DNA of 64,000 bases, taken from IMG/VR virus record IMGVR_UViG_3300028601_000021, positions 1 through 64,000 of that record; one strand, written 5' to 3'. A program made the position numbers and the translations under genes. The notes under the pieces are model-generated. The model ran no database searches. It worked only from the letters and a program-made list of their open reading frames with translations, and was not told where the DNA came from. Below, in pieces: positions 19,177 through 29,104 of this stretch. The number at the start of each line of letters is the position of its first letter. The stretch's first letter is position 1. This DNA comes from a virus (taxonomy: Duplodnaviria > Caudoviricetes).

Positions 19177-20889
19177 TTAAGGAGTATTGACTTGAGCTCT
19201 TAAATTAGTTAACTCAGTTTCATTCTGAATCAACCTATCCATGATGATAGCTAATTGCTGCTGAGTGGATAAAAGAGCATTCTGTAATTCTAATACGACT
19301 GAAGAGTTGATATCTTCTGTACGTACTTTAGAGACTACGTAGGGGACCATATCTGAAGGTGCTTCTTCTAGCTTATTCGGGACTTTAAAAGTACCAGCGG
19401 TACTGCCTTTAAATGATAAAGAAATAGTACCGATCGGTAATACGTTTTCTGTCCACTTAGTGATTACTAAGCGATAAGTATCAGAAGCATGATTATTGAT
19501 GTAGACATCTCTTACTTTAAAAGTAGTAGTGAAATCATCAACTACTCTTTCTACGTCATACCAAATACCATCCACTAAAGCTTCTAAAGACCAACTATCG
19601 GGATATACACCATTTACAGTACCGATAGAATACTGACCAATGACTACAGACTCACTAAAAGTGATATCGTGAGTATAAGGAGTATGGTCACTACCTATAC
19701 CTGAGGCCAGTACAATGCTGTCACCAGTAACAGGAGATACACTATCTGCATACTTCTGACCACAGACAGCATAGAGTTCAGGTTCTGCTTCTACTTCTAC
19801 AGTACGACCATCTAAGATGATACGGTTACTGGGAATAAGAGGTAATCTAGTAACAGAATAACCCACATCACCGATCTCTTCATGCTTCATACCGATACCT
19901 AAATCATTAACAGGTACGACGTATGTAAAGTCAGAATGTGGAGATACGACTTTAGGCATGATAAAGCTACCGATCTTCTTACCACCCAAGTACCATCTAC
20001 GGATACCTAGTTCTAATATAGCATCAGGTCCTTCTGGTACCCACCACTCCTGTACAGTCAATCTGAACTTATTAGCAGGATTAGAGATAGCTTCTAAATA
20101 GAAATAACGTACTTCATTAGGAGCCCATTTCTCTACATTGGTTCTAGTGTCGACTACTTCCCAACTACCATCATCCAAAGCTACTTCCACTGTCCAAGAC
20201 TTAGGACTAGGACTTTCAGCGAATGGTGCAGTAGGACTACCACTACGAGCTACAAGAGCATACGTATGTAAAGTAAAAGAGATATCACCTTTCAGATCCA
20301 AAGCTAACCACTCAGGATCAACCGATGCAGTTGTAGTACCAGTGGTCCATTGATCTGTAGTATTTAACAGATTATCCATAGTGATATTAGGACCAAAAGC
20401 TTTATAACCTAAACACAATGAATTAGCATTGGACATAGATACCTGATATTCTTCAGTATCCAGAGCAGTGGCTAAAGGATGTATGGGTACCACACTAGTG
20501 TAAATTTCACTTAGATAGAAAGCTAATTCTTCCGATAACTCTTGACCATTCAGAGGTATGAGTTCTGGATGATGTTCTAAATCAGAGGTATACCACAATC
20601 TAGGACAAGCCCTAAACCATTTCTCACTATATCCAAAATAATGACTGTGGGCGATACCGCTGTACTGATCGTCGTGGCTATGGTTCTTGGTATCGGACCA
20701 AGGCCTACCTTCACCTATTTTAATGATACGCTTATCAGTATCAATCGCGAGTACATGACTCGGGATCTCTACATTGTTAAGTGCCCAGTTCTGACTAGTA
20801 TCAGCTACTTGTTTATGAAGTATATACATTTCATCTACAAGATCGACTTCACTAGGAGACTCTGGGTACAGTCTAGGGTTATCGCCCAT
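19177..20889 (-). CDS. Tail fibre-like protein (Mtd/hyaluronidase-type N-terminal motif, discoidin F5/8-like and collar-like segments)
   Basis: W..NN...LAIDTDKRIIKIGEG.PW; PKSWTVEV...W..VD and PDSWSLEA...W; LDGRTV....PELYAVCG; C-terminal coiled coil. Confidence 0.65.
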   Translation of the reverse strand: MGDNPRLYPESPSEVDLVDEMYILHKQVADTSQNWALNNVEIPSHVLAIDTDKRIIKIGEGRPWSDTKNHSHDDQYSGIAHSHYFGYSEKWFRACPRLWYTSDLEHHPELIPLNGQELSEELAFYLSEIYTSVVPIHPLATALDTEEYQVSMSNANSLCLGYKAFGPNITMDNLLNTTDQWTTGTTTASVDPEWLALDLKGDISFTLHTYALVARSGSPTAPFAESPSPKSWTVEVALDDGSWEVVDTRTNVEKWAPNEVRYFYLEAISNPANKFRLTVQEWWVPEGPDAILELGIRRWYLGGKKIGSFIMPKVVSPHSDFTYVVPVNDLGIGMKHEEIGDVGYSVTRLPLIPSNRIILDGRTVEVEAEPELYAVCGQKYADSVSPVTGDSIVLASGIGSDHTPYTHDITFSESVVIGQYSIGTVNGVYPDSWSLEALVDGIWYDVERVVDDFTTTFKVRDVYINNHASDTYRLVITKWTENVLPIGTISLSFKGSTAGTFKVPNKLEEAPSDMVPYVVSKVRTEDINSSVVLELQNALLSTQQQLAIIMDRLIQNETELTNLRAQVNTP

Positions 20890-20938
20890 ATTCAGTACCC
20901 CAAATGATATTTATAAAAGTTTATTTATGGTGCATAGG

Positions 20939-21163
20939 TTAGTTACCTTGATCGTATATTTCCTGACATCGGACACATCGAATAGCCTTAGGTAATACTT
21001 GCTTTCTTCTTTCAGGTATCTTCACATCACAATCCACACAATAAAGTACAGATTCAGCAGTATCACTATAGATAGCTTGCTTACTTTGATGAGCCCTGAT
21101 ACACTGATTTTCAAAGTCAATTACTGATTGAGATGCATTATCCATAATGTCAGCAGATTGCAT
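20939..21163 (-). CDS. traR: TraR/DksA family C4 zinc-finger protein
   Basis: N-terminal DxxDxA; CVDC..KIPERR......RCVRCQ; 74 aa. Confidence 0.85.
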   Translation of the reverse strand: MQSADIMDNASQSVIDFENQCIRAHQSKQAIYSDTAESVLYCVDCDVKIPERRKQVLPKAIRCVRCQEIYDQGN

Positions 21164-21282
21164 GATAGGTACCTTCCCTTAATAGATATGAAAGTTGTAT
21201 AAATTATAGAGATAATCATAATAAGGCCACAGACTATACGATATTGAGCTAATATACTCCGTGGCCTTATATCGACTAATGA

Positions 21283-22185
21283 CTACTTAGCATTAGCGTA
21301 TCTATCTAACAATTCATAAGTGGTTTTCGTATCCATATAGATGTGTTTAAACTCGGGGTAAGTAGCAGCGGTACGTACTACTTCTAAGGCGTGATAGAAC
21401 AACAGATCGAGATAAGTGATCTCCTTAACAAGGAGATCAGCCAATCCTACTGTACTTTTTCCCTTCACTATATGAGCAGGCAATAGAGCAGTAGGATCAT
21501 TTTCATCGTATCTACTCATGACTTCCCACCAAAGCATCTGGACCATATCGGTATGATAATCCATAATAGTCTGAGGAGTCACTACTTCTTTATCTACCAC
21601 TTCTGCTTTCTTAGACTTCTTCTTTTCAGTAGTAGTGGTTATCTTGGGTACGTGCTTATCCATTTCGGCTATGAACTTAGGATCACCATAAGTCTTAGAG
21701 ATAGAAAGAGTATGGTAAGGAGATACCTGTAGCTTTCTCACTTTAGACCAGAGATCCATATCGGTAACAGTATCATGCTCTAAAGGCATAAAAGACTGCT
21801 GAGTAGCTAAAGTTTCACCTACTAATTTGAAATTATCTTTTCTATAATTATCCATTTCATCATGGATAAACATGTGATACCATACACCCAAAACCATAGC
21901 TGCCCTACATGCTATGAAGTAAACATGAGGATATCCTTCTATGTCTCTGTCATATCCTGCCTTAAAAAGAGTCAGATGACGATGCATAGCATCTAAATTA
22001 ATAGCAGGCGTAGCAAAGGAATCTCTAGGACAACTCTGCCAGCTATAAGCGTGATACTTTACTCTACCGAATTCAAAGCTATCACACATAGCAGTAATAA
22101 CAGGTAGAATTCTATCCTTCACCGCTACCAAGGAAGGTTTACCGTTAAAACTAGGAACATCCAACAAAATTTCTTTCTTAGACAT
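21283..22185 (-). CDS. DUF5664 / dATP-dGTP diphosphohydrolase-like N-terminal domain protein
   Basis: FGRVKYHAYSWQ...DAMHRHL..F..G.D.D.EG.PH matches G..KY...NW...A..RH....GE..D.ESG..H. Confidence 0.65.
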   Translation of the reverse strand: MSKKEILLDVPSFNGKPSLVAVKDRILPVITAMCDSFEFGRVKYHAYSWQSCPRDSFATPAINLDAMHRHLTLFKAGYDRDIEGYPHVYFIACRAAMVLGVWYHMFIHDEMDNYRKDNFKLVGETLATQQSFMPLEHDTVTDMDLWSKVRKLQVSPYHTLSISKTYGDPKFIAEMDKHVPKITTTTEKKKSKKAEVVDKEVVTPQTIMDYHTDMVQMLWWEVMSRYDENDPTALLPAHIVKGKSTVGLADLLVKEITYLDLLFYHALEVVRTAATYPEFKHIYMDTKTTYELLDRYANAK

Positions 22186-22229
22186 AAGGACCTCTTTAAA
22201 TATATAAAAGATATAGGGGTATAGATTAC

Positions 22230-23882
22230 ATGCCTAGACTTACATCAGACATACAAGAGCTAAATGATCACATCATAGATCCTATTTTGCGTCAAGTGGC
22301 ACAACGTATGATCCACACATTAAATTTACAAAATGTCTTTAATGACAACATAGTAATCAAAACTAAGTATAGTAGTATCTCAGATACGACTGATGACAAT
22401 ATGAATGCTAGGCTAAGAGAGTCTAGATTTGTCATGGATGTCACTATCCAGCAGCACCCTACCAATACTAAATGGGATGTCACTACATTTAGTCATACTC
22501 CAGCTTATGGAGTAGGTAATAACATCAATAGAAACTACCCTATCTTTAACGATAAGGAATTCGGTATAGGCTTATACGAACAAGCTGCACCATGTAGTTT
22601 AATGATGCAATGTACTATGCATTTCATGGATAAGTCTTTGGCCTATAGCGTACCGTTGAAATTGTTCAATACCTATAGAGAAGGTAGTGTATTCCAAGTA
22701 ACAGATCTTATGTATGATTACAAGTTACCTAATGAAATTATTTATGTATTAGGTGAAATCTACAATAAGAAACAATACACTAAACAATTTGAGACTTTCT
22801 ATCAGTATCTACAATACTGGTCTGGAAATAAGATATCTATGAATAAAAGTAGATATACGGATAGACCAGAATTAGTAGTAAAGAAACACACTGCAGAATG
22901 TCTTACTTCTGTAGAATATGCAGATGATGAACCAGGTGCAGAGACCACAGATGCATCACCAAATAGCTTTACTGTATCGTTTGTTATGACAGTACAGTTC
23001 AATATGCCCAATACTAGCATTTTAGTATATCCGATACTTATAGAAAATAAATTGCTTCCTATCGAAGCTATGCCTATTCCTATGTCTATAAAGGATAAGA
23101 TCACTTATGCTAGTATGCCGGATAGTGGACTAGATGATTATTTTCAGGCTTATAAACAAGTGCATACTGAATACGTACAGTTACCTTATTACGACGATTG
23201 GATCGTCCCACCAGTATGTACTGCTAGAGAATACACACAACATCCTTTCTTTATAGCAGCTTGTACTATAGACGAAGCTGAAGAATATAACAGTATAGAT
23301 TTCAAAGATACCTTAGGTGAAGATTTCATGTTACCTACGATCATACAGGCTATGATTAGGAGACAAGAAGAAATTAAGAAACACGGTACTTTTGATCCAG
23401 ATTGTATATTCAATATCTCTGTATATTACGGAGATGAAGCTATACCTAGTAATTCTTTCTCTATGGAAGATCTAGTGATGCGTTATAAAGGTAGAAAACT
23501 TAACTTAGTGTATCATTTAGCTATATCTGAAATTACAGATATCCGTAAACTAAATCCCATCTACTATCCTATCTTAGTAGAATTTCATAAATTCTTAAAT
23601 GCTACTATCATAAAACAGATGTGGTATTTAGTGGATCAAGGTAAAGGTTTTGAATTTATCAGTAGTAGAAATGAAAATGATTACTATTGGATAGATGCAG
23701 ATGGTAATGTGTATGACGTACGTACTGGTAAATGGCTAGGTAAAATCGATAGTACCGGATCTTGGACAGAAGCAGATGGTACAGTACATACAGGTAAACT
23801 AGTAAATTCATCGGAGACTAGTCATGGGAATTGTTTCGTCTCGCGGGTCCTCAGGGCAAACTTCATCACAGCAAAAAGATAA
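22230..23882 (+). CDS. Virion structural protein (phiKZ gp98-like by size/order)
   Basis: First of four coupled ORFs (550/447/150/452 aa) resembling the gp98-101 block; assignment tentative. Confidence 0.55.
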   Translation: MPRLTSDIQELNDHIIDPILRQVAQRMIHTLNLQNVFNDNIVIKTKYSSISDTTDDNMNARLRESRFVMDVTIQQHPTNTKWDVTTFSHTPAYGVGNNINRNYPIFNDKEFGIGLYEQAAPCSLMMQCTMHFMDKSLAYSVPLKLFNTYREGSVFQVTDLMYDYKLPNEIIYVLGEIYNKKQYTKQFETFYQYLQYWSGNKISMNKSRYTDRPELVVKKHTAECLTSVEYADDEPGAETTDASPNSFTVSFVMTVQFNMPNTSILVYPILIENKLLPIEAMPIPMSIKDKITYASMPDSGLDDYFQAYKQVHTEYVQLPYYDDWIVPPVCTAREYTQHPFFIAACTIDEAEEYNSIDFKDTLGEDFMLPTIIQAMIRRQEEIKKHGTFDPDCIFNISVYYGDEAIPSNSFSMEDLVMRYKGRKLNLVYHLAISEITDIRKLNPIYYPILVEFHKFLNATIIKQMWYLVDQGKGFEFISSRNENDYYWIDADGNVYDVRTGKWLGKIDSTGSWTEADGTVHTGKLVNSSETSHGNCFVSRVLRANFITAKR

Positions 23883-25167
23883 TGTCGAAACTAAGTTATT
23901 GCCTGAGAATAGCACCACATTAGTAGATAGTAATAGATATGTATTACCTAGTGATGGTAGTTTTGCCAATGAACAGATACAGAAGAATGTATTCACTCAC
24001 GCTACTGCTTACAATGTAGATAGATTTCCAGATGCTCTGGGATTGACCTTTGCTTATGGCGATGGCTTTCCTATAAAGGTTACCTATTTCAATGTAGAGA
24101 ATCCTGCATTATTAGGTAGAGCCAATCCTACCGATGTCAGTACCGGACATAAACATAGTTCTCATGTTAACTATTTAAAGATAGTGAACTTTGAGATGCG
24201 TTTAGAGAAAGCACTGGATATGGTCTATCAGGAAGAAGATGGACATATGACGGTAGAAGGTGAAGCTATCATCTATCCAGGTATGAAACCCCAGAAAGGT
24301 GATATCTTCTACTATCTACTGAATGATGGTCAATGGGGTGTAATGGCTGTACGTGGAGTACAGAGATTATCTATCTCTTCTGGTACTCTACATCGCATTA
24401 CTTTTGAGTTACAGGAATACCTTACTCCTGCTAGACAAGAGTATATCGAAGCTCAAGTAACTAATACAGCTTACTTCGATAAGATAAAGTTCTTTACTCA
24501 GCAATTCACTTTGTTGAAACATGAATCTTATGTGTTGTTACAGCAGTTTAATCAGTTACGTAAAGAGATGATTTCTTATTATCTCCGATCGTACTATGAT
24601 CAAACTACAGCTACGATATTGAATCACGATGGATTATACGATCCATATTTGATTTCATATTTACAACACAAGATCAGTGTATTGGATCATCGTATTCGTC
24701 CTAAACAGTTATATGCTAGATTGTATGATTACGAATACAGTATTTGGTATGTACTGACTACAGGACAAAGACCTAATCTAGATCAGATCAAAAGTGGCTG
24801 GCGCAAACGTCATTTCCAACCTAGTTTCTGGAATGCAGATATCACCAGTCTAGTAGGTAGAGACTTTGTAGGTATAGGTAAGGAACCAGATAGAAAGAAT
24901 ACCGAATCACCTGATTATACTTCTATAGCCGATCATCCTGAAGATACTACTTATGCTAATTTATCTCAAGCTTTCTATGATGGTGATTTACCTCGTATGA
25001 ATAATTGGGAAAATATCATTTATAGTAGCATAATTAGCGAAGTAGATCCTAAAGTGATCTACGAACAAGTCAAAGGATATATGAAATGGGATAAAGAAAA
25101 AGCTTTCTATGATATCCCATTGGCTATATACCTGATAGACCGTGGTTTATATTGCATCAAGGATTAG
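23824..25167 (+). CDS. Virion structural protein (phiKZ gp99-like)
   Basis: G.PIKVTYF, YLKIVNFEMRL, GEAIIYPGMKPQKGDIF, YDPYL motifs typical of a phiKZ-like neck/head protein. Confidence 0.6.
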   Translation: MGIVSSRGSSGQTSSQQKDNVETKLLPENSTTLVDSNRYVLPSDGSFANEQIQKNVFTHATAYNVDRFPDALGLTFAYGDGFPIKVTYFNVENPALLGRANPTDVSTGHKHSSHVNYLKIVNFEMRLEKALDMVYQEEDGHMTVEGEAIIYPGMKPQKGDIFYYLLNDGQWGVMAVRGVQRLSISSGTLHRITFELQEYLTPARQEYIEAQVTNTAYFDKIKFFTQQFTLLKHESYVLLQQFNQLRKEMISYYLRSYYDQTTATILNHDGLYDPYLISYLQHKISVLDHRIRPKQLYARLYDYEYSIWYVLTTGQRPNLDQIKSGWRKRHFQPSFWNADITSLVGRDFVGIGKEPDRKNTESPDYTSIADHPEDTTYANLSQAFYDGDLPRMNNWENIIYSSIISEVDPKVIYEQVKGYMKWDKEKAFYDIPLAIYLIDRGLYCIKD

Positions 25168-25240
25168 ATATAATCGATAGTTATGGTATCTTTCACCCAA
25201 TTAAGATACCATAGCTAATTTACCACCAGAGGATATCCAT

Positions 25241-25693
25241 ATGGCTAGACCTAGATATGTAGATACAGTAGATCATATCAATAACGCTCAATATAAAGTG
25301 ATGCTATCTGAAAACTATGCACCGGTATCTGGTTATTATACTGAATTTAATGTAGCTCCTTTATACGAACACGATCCAAATAGCCAAGGTCCCATGGCTA
25401 CAGGTGTGGCTACTATCGCACAAATGATCGATATGTACGCTAATAAATATACTTTCGTTTTTTGTGATGATAGAGATATATTGGATGTGGATCAAGTATT
25501 GGCTAGGTATATCAAACAAGCCCACAGTGTAGTAATAACTGATAGAGAAGTAAAGAACTTTATAGAAAAAGCTATGGCTTTACATCAAGCTATCGAAAAA
25601 GAAAAGATGAGGGTATTCAAAACTAGTGGTATCGAAGATCCTGCAGAGAAAACTATCACTGGTCTACTGAGACGTCTATTCTACAAAAGGTAA
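25241..25693 (+). CDS. Hypothetical protein (phiKZ gp100-like by order)
   Basis: 150 aa, GAGG RBS. Confidence 0.55.
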   Translation: MARPRYVDTVDHINNAQYKVMLSENYAPVSGYYTEFNVAPLYEHDPNSQGPMATGVATIAQMIDMYANKYTFVFCDDRDILDVDQVLARYIKQAHSVVITDREVKNFIEKAMALHQAIEKEKMRVFKTSGIEDPAEKTITGLLRRLFYKR

Positions 25694-25699
25694 CCTACT

Positions 25700-27058
25700 A
25701 TGTTTTTAAAAGCTAGTAAACACTTAGAGCATGCTATCTTGGAGACTCTAGTGAAAGCTAGAACTACTCCTTGTTTCTATAAAGTAAAAACCATATTAAC
25801 CCATGCCGAAAGTAATTGGTCGTTCAAACCAGAATATATCACTGGTCTAAATATAGTGTCAGATTATGCTGGTTCTTTTATGAATGATGTGTCTATAGGT
25901 CTAGAGTTACATCCTTTACAGATTATAAATATCTGTAAGAGAGCTAAAGACTTACGGTGTACATTGATATTTGAACCACATAGCTGGAAAACTTTGCTTC
26001 CTACTCTAGAAGAAAATACTACTGTGTTAGAATACATAGCTATCTTAGAGAATCCAGAAGACATCATGAAACAATATGCAGTGGATAGCTATAAACCAGT
26101 AGAAGGTAAATCTCTAGAGCAGTACCATTTAGATATAAAAGCCCCTTTACGCTTACAGCTATTTACTGAAGTAGAATATAAGACTAGACTAAAGAAGGTA
26201 AATACTGTCTTTGGTCCAGGCACTACATTGGATGCAGCCATGCATTGGGTATTGAATTCATTTGAGATAGAAAAAGCTGAAGTAATTCCTAGTAAGAATA
26301 CTCAAGCTTTTAACAACATGACCATTCCCCCTGTACATGGGATAGATAGCGTATTTGGTTATCTACAGAATCAATACGGTATCTATGAAAAAGGATTAGG
26401 TCATTTCTTTTACAACGATACTTTCTATGTTTGGAAGTTGTACGATACCGAGGTAGAAACACCTCACACTTTACATATATTTATCGCACCTAAGAATACC
26501 TTGGAAGGATTAGAGTGCTATCATTATGTCACTCCTGAAGGTGATGTGAAATTAGTCACTCTATCCGAAATCAACACTACTAACCGTATGGAAGGTGGTG
26601 TAGAGAACTTAGGTAATCTACAAGTAGAAGTACAAGGTGATAAGGTTATAGACCATTTCGCTAAAGTAAATGCTGATGGTACTCTAAAAGTATCCGATAG
26701 TAATATGACTATGTTAAATATAGGTAGTGATAGAGCAGCTAAGACTGATATGATGAATATCAATTATAGAGGTACTAGTACCAATCCTTTTATATCGGCT
26801 AGTAAAATGGCTGAATATCAGGGTATTATCTTTAGCTGTAGCTGGAAATCGGCTGGCCTAATAGACCTACCCCCAGGTATGAAAGTAGTCGTACATTACG
26901 ACGATAAAGACAGTACCTATGTTACACAGAAAGGTATCCTTTGTGGAGTAATCCATAAATTGAATAGAACAGAGAATAATGCTTCTAATGAACCTTTCTA
27001 TGTATTTCAATCAGGACTATCTATCTTTTTAGAACCAGAACCGGAAGGTACTGTATAA
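25700..27058 (+). CDS. Virion structural protein, possible baseplate hub (phiKZ gp101-like)
   Basis: YLQNQYGIYEKGLGHFF, W......L.PGM.V motifs; block order. Confidence 0.6.
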   Translation: MFLKASKHLEHAILETLVKARTTPCFYKVKTILTHAESNWSFKPEYITGLNIVSDYAGSFMNDVSIGLELHPLQIINICKRAKDLRCTLIFEPHSWKTLLPTLEENTTVLEYIAILENPEDIMKQYAVDSYKPVEGKSLEQYHLDIKAPLRLQLFTEVEYKTRLKKVNTVFGPGTTLDAAMHWVLNSFEIEKAEVIPSKNTQAFNNMTIPPVHGIDSVFGYLQNQYGIYEKGLGHFFYNDTFYVWKLYDTEVETPHTLHIFIAPKNTLEGLECYHYVTPEGDVKLVTLSEINTTNRMEGGVENLGNLQVEVQGDKVIDHFAKVNADGTLKVSDSNMTMLNIGSDRAAKTDMMNINYRGTSTNPFISASKMAEYQGIIFSCSWKSAGLIDLPPGMKVVVHYDDKDSTYVTQKGILCGVIHKLNRTENNASNEPFYVFQSGLSIFLEPEPEGTV

Positions 27059-27062
27059 GTTA

Positions 27063-27105
27063 AGTACGTACTACAGTAGCTATGGTAGCTACTGTAGTAC
27101 GTACT
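27063..27105. terminator. Long palindromic hairpin
   Basis: AGTACGTACTACAGTAGCTA-tgg-TAGCTACTGTAGTACGTACT. Confidence 0.75.
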
Positions 27106-27151
27106 ATTTTATAGAGTCTTTTAATTTAACTTATAAGAAGGAATCATTAAC

Positions 27152-28231
27152 ATGAGTGTACCAAATAAGACTAGAGTACAGGTAGCTACTGATAGTAGCT
27201 TTAGTAACATCATAGTAGATGAAGTAGGTGACTATAAGACAGTATTAGCATTAGCTAGTGCTGAATTACCTGTGGGTAGTAATTTGTATATCAGAGGCAT
27301 GCACGGTCATCCTGATACAGGTGATAGCCCATGGTCTACAGTGCATCAGTTTAAAGTGATGACACCTTATGCTAATGAGCTGTACTATACTGCAGGTGAT
27401 TTTACCTTTACAGTACCAGAGGGTGTCACTGAAATATGTATCGCAGCTACTCCTGGAGTAGACTACAGCTCAGCTGGAGAGCTGCTGAAAGCTTACACCG
27501 GTAAAACCGTAGCCTGTGTAGCTGGTAATAATACCGTACCTGTAGGTATAGACAGTATCGAACTGAGTGGTAAGGGAGCTGCTGGTACTAGTAGTACCAC
27601 ACTTACATATACCACATGTACCATGTATATAGATGCAGATACGATACCTAAAACATTATCGTCGATTCCTTCATATATATATGCCATGGCATATCATAAA
27701 TCCGGAGATAGTACTGTACTTACAAATACAAGATTCAATTTAGCTACTAACAACAGTAGTACTGTATCGTATTCCGCTACCGTTTATTCTGTGGTTGGTG
27801 GCGTGACAACTGGATATATCCATTATAACAAATCAGTATCCACTACTACAGGTGCATCTACTACAGCTATAGTAAATGGTACTACTTATACTTTCCCGGG
27901 TGGAGTAGGTGGAGCTGCAGCAGTGACTACCCATACAGTACCTGTAAATCCAGTAGTAGGAGCTACTATCTCAGCTACTATAGCCTCTGGTGGTACACTC
28001 AGCTACTCTTATAGTGCATATGCTGAGCAAGCTATAGGTAGCCTATTAGGTGATAACTTTACCTTATCACCTGTAGCTGCCGATATCGGTACTTACTCAG
28101 GTGGTATAGCTGCATGGCGTAACGCCATACCTGTCACACCTGGTAGTACTATACCAGTACGAGTAGGCTCAGGTGGAGCTGTAAATATCATTTGGGGTAC
28201 AGGTAGATCCTTTCCTAATAGTGAAGCTTAA
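27152..28231 (+). CDS. Paralogue family member 2: partial Fn3-like module + Gly/Thr-rich fibre/adhesin domain with variable insert
   Basis: Highly similar to 44137..45177 except for a central ~80-aa segment; AAGGA RBS. Confidence 0.75.
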   Translation: MSVPNKTRVQVATDSSFSNIIVDEVGDYKTVLALASAELPVGSNLYIRGMHGHPDTGDSPWSTVHQFKVMTPYANELYYTAGDFTFTVPEGVTEICIAATPGVDYSSAGELLKAYTGKTVACVAGNNTVPVGIDSIELSGKGAAGTSSTTLTYTTCTMYIDADTIPKTLSSIPSYIYAMAYHKSGDSTVLTNTRFNLATNNSSTVSYSATVYSVVGGVTTGYIHYNKSVSTTTGASTTAIVNGTTYTFPGGVGGAAAVTTHTVPVNPVVGATISATIASGGTLSYSYSAYAEQAIGSLLGDNFTLSPVAADIGTYSGGIAAWRNAIPVTPGSTIPVRVGSGGAVNIIWGTGRSFPNSEA

Positions 28232-28239
28232 GTAATACA

Positions 28240-28282
28240 TATATACTACCGTAGTACCTCAGTAGTACTACGGTAGTATATA
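28240..28282. repeat. Dispersed palindrome, ATATACTACCGTAGTAC family, copy 1
   Basis: Same arms at 37308 and 45188; between convergent genes. Confidence 0.85.
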
Positions 28283-28290
28283 CTTTTATA

Positions 28291-29034
28291 TTAGTCACCG
28301 ACCATGCCAGATTTAAGTATCTCCATAGCTTCACGATAATCAACAGTATCCACTTTAGCCCACTCTTCTTCTGTCGAATACTGTATCTTATTGAGATGTG
28401 ATACATACAGTTTAATTAGTATGTATAAATCTCTAGAATCAAACTTATACATATGTACAGTATTCTTATTCAGATTATAAATAGGGATGGTAATCTCTAT
28501 ACAACAAAGGTATCGCACTAATTCAGCATCATTACCTTCTCTATATAGCCTAAATACATCCATGATACCATTACGTAAAAATACACCTTCTAAGTCTAAT
28601 AGACTTTTATAGGTATCACCTTCTATATTATCTATCAATTCTCTAGGTAAGGTGAATACAAAACTATCACTAGGATTATTCATCTTCTTTAAGAGATCTG
28701 TATATTTAGTCTCTTTATAGATAGCTAAGTTCTTTATTTTTACTTCTTCAGGTATCTCTTCCAATTTAGGAAATACCTGTACAGTCTTATTCACCTCATC
28801 AAATTCAGGATTTCCGAACGTGATAGTGTGAGTCATAGGGTCAAAATTAGATACTATATCAGTGATTTGATAGATATGGTCATCTAAAATAGAAATACCT
28901 AATTTAGAAAGCATTTCTTCATCACCCATAGATTTCTGTTCTTTATGCACATACCACTGTTTACCATTAGTCATGATCTTATCCTCCATAAGGGAAATAT
29001 ATTTATCATTTAGTACTATATGTTTAAAAAGCAT
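28291..29034 (-). CDS. Hypothetical protein, possibly tail-fibre assembly chaperone
   Basis: 247 aa (likely start at a downstream Met after GGAGG); follows the stalk gene; FDP.TH motif is weak support. Confidence 0.45.
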   Translation of the reverse strand: MLFKHIVLNDKYISLMEDKIMTNGKQWYVHKEQKSMGDEEMLSKLGISILDDHIYQITDIVSNFDPMTHTITFGNPEFDEVNKTVQVFPKLEEIPEEVKIKNLAIYKETKYTDLLKKMNNPSDSFVFTLPRELIDNIEGDTYKSLLDLEGVFLRNGIMDVFRLYREGNDAELVRYLCCIEITIPIYNLNKNTVHMYKFDSRDLYILIKLYVSHLNKIQYSTEEEWAKVDTVDYREAMEILKSGMVGD

Positions 29035-29038
29035 AAAT

Positions 29039-29084
29039 ACCTACTACAGTAGCTACCCATATAAAGGTAGCTACTGTAGTAGGT
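29039..29084. terminator. Long palindromic hairpin
   Basis: ACCTACTACAGTAGCTACC-loop-GGTAGCTACTGTAGTAGGT; arms related to the 27063 hairpin. Confidence 0.7.
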
Positions 29085-29104
29085 GAATCAGGAGGAGGAC
29101 CTAT

